From an uncultured Planctomycetia bacterium (lineage in GTDB: Bacteria; Omnitrophota; Gorgyraeia; 2-02-FULL-51-18): a DNA stretch of 64,000 nt. The position numbers and the translations under genes are program-made. Numbering within the stretch: the first letter of the stretch is position 1; every line of letters starts with the position of its first letter. Below, piece by piece: positions 59,226 through 64,000 of the stretch. The stretch covers positions 59,457 to 123,456 of the forward strand of contig CAYSKO010000006.1 in assembly GCA_964431835.1 (NCBI GenBank). The letters run 5' to 3'. Under the pieces are notes generated by a model. The model saw only the letters and a list, made by a program, of their open reading frames with translations, was not told the origin of the DNA and ran no database searches.

Positions 59226-60171
59226 CCCGGATCTTGTAACCGGGCACGGCGTTCTTCACGCCGCACGCGGACATCACGTCGCGCACTTCTAAAACCTGCA
59301 AAGTCGCCAGCCATTCACCGTTCTTCACGACCTGAAGAACGGTGTCTTTTTTGATGCCGTCCGCTTTGCCGATGTCGACGACCACGAAGCCGTGCTCCTC
59401 ATTCACCGCGCGGACGCTGCCTTGTTTCTTTAAGGGCGCTTCGGCGGCTTCTCCGCTCCCACCGGCCCCGTCCACCTTGATGGATCCGAGATCCACGAGG
59501 TTCCATTCCTCTTCGACCCGGCGTTTGGCGGCCTCGATAGCCTGCTCGAGCCCGGACATCGTCAGGCTCGAGACGTTGATCGCACCCAGGCTCTCGCGGA
59601 CCGCGCCGTAAAGGCGTTCGAGCTTTTCGGCCAGGACCCGGTTCTGCTCGGCGAGACGGACGATCTCCTCGTCTTTGGATTTGAGCGTCGCGCCCTGTTC
59701 TTCGCCGACCGAGCCGCCGCGAAGCGCCTCGATCTGCTTAGTCTTATTGATCAGGATTTCCTCGAGGAAAACTTTCTCTTCGATCGCGCTCGCGTTCTTC
59801 TGGATGTCGTTCTTGAGGGAGTTGTTCTCGCGCTTGGCGGCGTCGAGCGCGGTCTGGAGCGAATTGGCGCGGCCCGAGAACTCGCGGTTCTCGTTTTCCA
59901 GCCGGGCGAGGGTGGTCTCGAGAGCTTTGTTCAGCTCCGAAAGGGTGCCCCGGCCGCTGAAGCTCCAAGCGAAAAGACCCGCAAAAAGGAGAGCGACCGC
60001 GGCGGCTCCACCCGCGGCCAGGAGCGAGCGGCGACGGAGTTCCCTGCGTTCGAGAGCGTGTTTCTGGACGAGGTCGTTCAAATGGCGGCTTTTTTCGGAC
60101 AGCGCGTCGTTTTGGCCCTGGAGGGCCTCTACTTTCTGGAGCAGATTTTCGGGGGAGAAAATGCTCGTCAT
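59197..60171 (-). CDS. membrane-anchored coiled-coil protein with small C-terminal beta domain
   Basis: TM AAGGAAAVALLFAGLFAWSF, long heptads, C-terminal G.V.AVN.E..FVVVDIG..DG; start re-assigned to ATG 60171. Confidence 0.75.
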   Translation of the reverse strand: MTSIFSPENLLQKVEALQGQNDALSEKSRHLNDLVQKHALERRELRRRSLLAAGGAAAVALLFAGLFAWSFSGRGTLSELNKALETTLARLENENREFSGRANSLQTALDAAKRENNSLKNDIQKNASAIEEKVFLEEILINKTKQIEALRGGSVGEEQGATLKSKDEEIVRLAEQNRVLAEKLERLYGAVRESLGAINVSSLTMSGLEQAIEAAKRRVEEEWNLVDLGSIKVDGAGGSGEAAEAPLKKQGSVRAVNEEHGFVVVDIGKADGIKKDTVLQVVKNGEWLATLQVLEVRDVMSACGVKNAVPGYKIRVNDSVTIRK

Positions 60172-60235
60172 GAAAGCCATGCTAACACAAAGGTCCCGGA
60201 CAGGCAAACGGGGCCCGTCTGCTATAATCGGGCCC

Positions 60236-61771
60236 ATGAACCGGACCTTTTGGAAAACGCCTCTCTCGGATCGCGCCGTCGCCCTGATCGTTTGGACGCT
60301 TTACCTCGCCGCGGCCGGCTCCCTCCTCGCCCATCACGAAATCTGGCGCGACGAGGCGCGGGCGCTCGGCGTAATCCAGGAGAGCCGGACGCCGGGTGAC
60401 GTCGTGCGGGGACTCAAGAACGAAGGCCACCCACTTCTTTGGCACTTTATCCTTTTCGCCGGCTGGAAGATTTTTCACTCGCCGCTGGTCCTTCCGCTAT
60501 CGAACCTCGCGATCGCGTCCGCCGCTGCCTATTACTTCCTCCGCCGGGCGCCTTTTTCGTGGCCCGTCCGGATCGCTTTCGTATTCGGCTATTTTCCGCT
60601 CGTCGAGTACGGGATCATCGCGCGCAATTATTCGATGGGGCTCCTGGCTCTTTGTCTCTCGGCCGACGCGTGGCGGCAGCGCTTCACGCGTCCGGCTCTC
60701 TACGGCGCCGCGCTTTTTTTTCTCGCGAACACGCACGCCAACTGCCTCATCTTCGCGATCGCGCTCGTGAGTGCATGGGCGTTCGAAGGCACCTTCTCCA
60801 AAGAAGGCCGCTCGGCGAGCCGTCCGTACGCGGTGCTCGGAGGACTCGCGCTCGCCGGATGCGGCATCGCACTCTCCGTTCTTCAGATCCTGCCCGACCG
60901 CACGACCGACATGACGACCATCTACAAAATATCCCTATGGGGCGTGATTCCAGGTCTTCTCGACGGCCTCGTCATCGGCGGGTACGCGTTCCGCCACGCC
61001 TTCGGTTTCGAGAGCGCGTACGTCTCGGTGATGCTCGTTTGGCTCGGCTACCTCGTTTTTTGGAAGCGGCCGGGCCTTTTCGTTGCCTATCTTCTCGGCG
61101 TCATGGGGATGACGGCTTTTTTCCTTTTGATTTACGCGGGCTACCTGCGGCACCAGGGGTTCCTCGTGATGTACCTGGTCGCGCTCCTCTGGATGGACCG
61201 GACGGACCGGGAAGCTTGCGCCGCGGAGCCGCGCGAGTACGCCGGTTTCAAAAACGCTTATCTCCACGTGATCCTCGCGCTCCAGATCACGATGACGGGC
61301 GCCGCGGCCGTGGGAACCGTAAGGGACGAGTTTTCTTCGAGCAAAAAACTGGCCGAATTCGTGCGCGGGCGGCCGGCGCTCGAGGGGGCGGTCCTTCTCT
61401 CGGAGCCCGATTTCTACGGAGAGCCGATGAGTTATTATCTTCCGGAAAGCCCCCTCTATCTGGTGCGCGAAAAGCGGTTCGGGCGGAAGGTCAATTTCAC
61501 GAACCGGAACGGGCGGCACCTTTCGCTCCGGCGCCTCCTCGCCGAAGGAAACCGTCTCCGGCACCGGACGGGCCGCCCGGTCATTTTTCTGATCGGCCAC
61601 TCTTTGTTTCCCGAGGGTCCGTACGAACGGCCGTACGCCCGCGGAACGCGGTTCTATTACTCCAAGCGTTCGCTCGCGCTTTTTCTCAAGCGCGCGCCGC
61701 TCGCGGCGTCCATGAAGCACGCCGCGTGGGAAAATTTCGACGTGTACGTGCTGGGGGGCGCCGTTTCTTGA
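60236..61771 (+). CDS. polytopic membrane protein, GT-C-like glycosyltransferase
   Basis: HE.WRDE after the first TM, EGHP.LW, EY..IARNY, about 11 TM segments; start ATG 60236. Confidence 0.7.
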   Translation: MNRTFWKTPLSDRAVALIVWTLYLAAAGSLLAHHEIWRDEARALGVIQESRTPGDVVRGLKNEGHPLLWHFILFAGWKIFHSPLVLPLSNLAIASAAAYYFLRRAPFSWPVRIAFVFGYFPLVEYGIIARNYSMGLLALCLSADAWRQRFTRPALYGAALFFLANTHANCLIFAIALVSAWAFEGTFSKEGRSASRPYAVLGGLALAGCGIALSVLQILPDRTTDMTTIYKISLWGVIPGLLDGLVIGGYAFRHAFGFESAYVSVMLVWLGYLVFWKRPGLFVAYLLGVMGMTAFFLLIYAGYLRHQGFLVMYLVALLWMDRTDREACAAEPREYAGFKNAYLHVILALQITMTGAAAVGTVRDEFSSSKKLAEFVRGRPALEGAVLLSEPDFYGEPMSYYLPESPLYLVREKRFGRKVNFTNRNGRHLSLRRLLAEGNRLRHRTGRPVIFLIGHSLFPEGPYERPYARGTRFYYSKRSLALFLKRAPLAASMKHAAWENFDVYVLGGAVS

Positions 61772-61802
61772 CTCGACCCGGCGCGCGGATTATAGTGGGT
61801 CC

Positions 61803-61961
61803 ATGCCCGGATTCGGAGAAATCCTCCTTGTTCTTCTCATCGTGGTCCTCGTCTTCGGCGCCACGCGCATCCCGGAGATCGCCCGTTCCCTGGGGAAGGG
61901 CGTCCACGCGTTCAAGAAAGCTTCTAAAGAAAACCGCGACGACGAAGCGCCGCGACCGTAA
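61803..61961 (+). CDS. tatA: twin-arginine translocase TatA
   Basis: Not in ORF track; MPGFGEILLVLLIVVLVFGATRIPEIARSLGKGVHAFKKA... Confidence 0.92.
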   Translation: MPGFGEILLVLLIVVLVFGATRIPEIARSLGKGVHAFKKASKENRDDEAPRP

Positions 61962-61979
61962 CCCGGAACGAGCGTCCGT

Positions 61980-62720
61980 TTGACCAAAAACCCGTACCTC
62001 TCGTTCTTCGAGCACCTCGAAGAGCTTAGAAAACGCCTTCTCATCTCGCTCGCCGCGGTGGGCGTCGCGTCCGTCGGCGGCTACCTCGCATCCGGTCCCG
62101 CAGTCGAATTCCTCACGGCTCCGCTGCGCTCCGAAGCGGGCGCGGTCTATTTCTTCTCTCCCCAAGGCGCTTTTACGGTGAAGCTGAAGGCCTCGCTTCT
62201 TCTGGGCGCGCTCGCAGCATCGCCGGTCGTCCTTCATCAGTTCTGGTCGTTCGTTTCGCCGGCGCTCTACCCGCGCGAGCGCCGCGCGGTCGTGCCGCTG
62301 GCGGCGGTCACGAGCGCCCTCTTCGTGACGGGCGCGGTGTTCGCGTATCTCGTGGTCCTCCCGGCCGCCATGAAATTCCTCTTGGGCATGCAGACCGGAT
62401 CACTCAAGCCCATGATCTCAGTCGAAGAGTACCTGTCGTTCGTGACGATGCTGGTCCTTTCCTTCGGCGTCGCTTTCAATCTGCCGGTGTTTGTCCTTGC
62501 GCTCGTCGGGGCGGGGATCACCGACGCGGCGGGGCTCAACCGTTTTCAGCGGCACGCGATCGTCGCCATCTTCATCGCGGCCGCGGTGCTCACGCCCGGG
62601 CCCGATATCGCGAGCCAATTGCTCCTGGCGCTGCCGCTTCTGGTTCTCTTCGAGATCAGCGTTCTCATCGCAGTTTTCATCGGCCGCCGTGCGCACTCGG
62701 CCCGGGGGGGCGTCCGGTGA
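61980..62720 (+). CDS. tatC: twin-arginine translocase TatC
   Basis: EHLEELRKRL, Q.W.FV.PALY..ER, FG..F.LP, AA.LTP.PD..SQ. Confidence 0.93.
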   Translation: MTKNPYLSFFEHLEELRKRLLISLAAVGVASVGGYLASGPAVEFLTAPLRSEAGAVYFFSPQGAFTVKLKASLLLGALAASPVVLHQFWSFVSPALYPRERRAVVPLAAVTSALFVTGAVFAYLVVLPAAMKFLLGMQTGSLKPMISVEEYLSFVTMLVLSFGVAFNLPVFVLALVGAGITDAAGLNRFQRHAIVAIFIAAAVLTPGPDIASQLLLALPLLVLFEISVLIAVFIGRRAHSARGGVR

Positions 62721-63649
62721 GAGGCGTTCTTCTTCTCTCGGGAGCCGCCGCTTTTGTCGCGCTGGGCGTCTATCTTGCGTGGGCGATCCCCAAGTACACG
62801 CGCATGATCTCCAACATCTTCTTAAGCCTCGTTTATTCGCCCCCCGTCGAGACGACGCCCGCCGGCGAAGGGGAGCGTCTGACAATCCTCGACTCCTCCG
62901 AGAAGGAGATCGAGATCCTCGTCATTCAGAAGAAGTCTCCCCGCAAGGTCGCGATCTTCTGCCACGAATCGGGTTCGAGCAAGGAATCGTGGGAAAAGTA
63001 CGCGTATTTTCTGCCCGATCTCGGCTATGCCGTCGTGAGCGCGGACTTGAAACCCGCCACATCCGCCGGCGACGGAAAGAACGCGCTTATCCAGTGGCCG
63101 ACGCAGGCGGACGTCGAGCGCCTCGTCACCGTGATCCGCTGGTCCAAACGCGCGTTCCGGCCGGGCGTCTCGATCGTGCTCTTCGGCGTGTCGAACGGCG
63201 CGGACATCGCGTTCGCGGCCTCGTTCCGCGACGACGCGGTGAAGGCGGTCGTCGCCGACGGCTTGTTCTCGATGAAGGAGATCTTCCGGGATTACATCCG
63301 CCGCTGGGCTCCCGTTCTCGTTCGTCCCAACTTCTTCGGGGAGAAATTTCCCGAGTGGATCGTCAAAAGCTTCACCGAGCTCGGATTCCGCTACAGCGAG
63401 AAGCAGGCGAAGTGCCGTTTCGTGGATGTCGAGAAGCTCCTGGCGCGGAAGCACGTGCCACTTCTCATGATCCACGGCGCGAAAGACGACGTCATTCCCG
63501 ACGGCCATCGCCGTTTCCTCGGCCGGCTCGCGCGCGAACGCGCGGTTCGGAAAGTCGTCGTCGAAGAGGCGGGCCACAACCAGGGCGTCGTGACCGCGCG
63601 GGCCTTTTACGAAGCGGCCGTCCGCGAATTCCTGGAGAGCGCGTCGTGA
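62717..63649 (+). CDS. membrane-anchored alpha/beta hydrolase
   Basis: N-terminal TM, LFGVSNGA (GxSxG), IHGAKDD.IP, AGHN. Confidence 0.8.
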   Translation: MRGVLLLSGAAAFVALGVYLAWAIPKYTRMISNIFLSLVYSPPVETTPAGEGERLTILDSSEKEIEILVIQKKSPRKVAIFCHESGSSKESWEKYAYFLPDLGYAVVSADLKPATSAGDGKNALIQWPTQADVERLVTVIRWSKRAFRPGVSIVLFGVSNGADIAFAASFRDDAVKAVVADGLFSMKEIFRDYIRRWAPVLVRPNFFGEKFPEWIVKSFTELGFRYSEKQAKCRFVDVEKLLARKHVPLLMIHGAKDDVIPDGHRRFLGRLARERAVRKVVVEEAGHNQGVVTARAFYEAAVREFLESAS

Positions 63650-64000
63650 AGCGCGTACTCGCGCTCGCCGCGGCTCTCGCGTTTTTTTCGGCACCGGCGC
63701 CCGCCGCCGTCGAGCCGTGGGAGACCGACCTCGCGCCGCGGGTGAAGGCGTTCGAAGCCGCCGCCCCCGACGACGCCTCGCGCGCTCTCGGGGCGGCGCT
63801 TTCGACGGCGCTCGAGCGTTACGCGGCCGTCGACGACTACCGGTCGCTTTTCAAGAAGCGAGAGAAGAACAAGGAAGGCGCGATGGGCCAGACCGAGGAG
63901 ATTTTCCTCAAGTTCGTGAAGCCGTTCAAGATTTTACTCGGCTGGCAGAACACGGATAAGAAGGGGCTGCAGGTCCTCTACGAGCGCGGGAAGCACGACG
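63646..64000 (+). CDS. exported DUF1571-like protein (truncated by window end)
   Basis: GTG start, signal peptide, V.DY...F.KRE...E.I.LKF.KPF.I..W....G..VLY..G. Confidence 0.68.
   Translation, partial: MKRVLALAAALAFFSAPAPAAVEPWETDLAPRVKAFEAAAPDDASRALGAALSTALERYAAVDDYRSLFKKREKNKEGAMGQTEEIFLKFVKPFKILLGWQNTDKKGLQVLYERGKHD

Overview
High-GC bacterial chromosomal window spanning the replication origin. Gene content and style suggest a PVC-type lineage such as Ca. Omnitrophota; this is an unverified inference. Left of ~9.6 kb all genes are on the minus strand: tRNA-Leu, tRNA-Cys, split coaB/coaC, gmk, yicC, ndk, parB, parA, two variant parS palindromes, mnmG, yidC, yidD, rnpA and rpmH. Right of it almost all genes are on the plus strand: dnaA-dnaN-dciA-gyrB-gyrA and tRNA-Glu; a 26-kb accessory stretch (membrane pyrophosphatase, hydrolases, Dps/DsbD/redoxin, recQ, gene remnants, an orphan CdiI-like immunity gene and a twin-hairpin repeat element); a sulfur-assimilation operon; then ygfA-rny-ymdB-xseA-xseB-ispA-dxs and tatA-tatC. 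The best candidate for an undescribed system is the sulfur operon (44.8-51.8 kb). cysD-cysN-APS reductase are followed by a JAMM/Mec protease and two ubiquitin-like sulfur carriers whose Gly-Gly ends are masked by in-frame fusion to whole domains (ThiS-GG|A-CysK and MoaD/CysO-GG|A-NIL). The operon also has a ThrC-like PLP enzyme and a cysteine-free Rrf2 regulator with a CysK-docking-type tail, but no E1 or sulfite reductase. All protein calls come from motif recognition by eye; no database searches were run.
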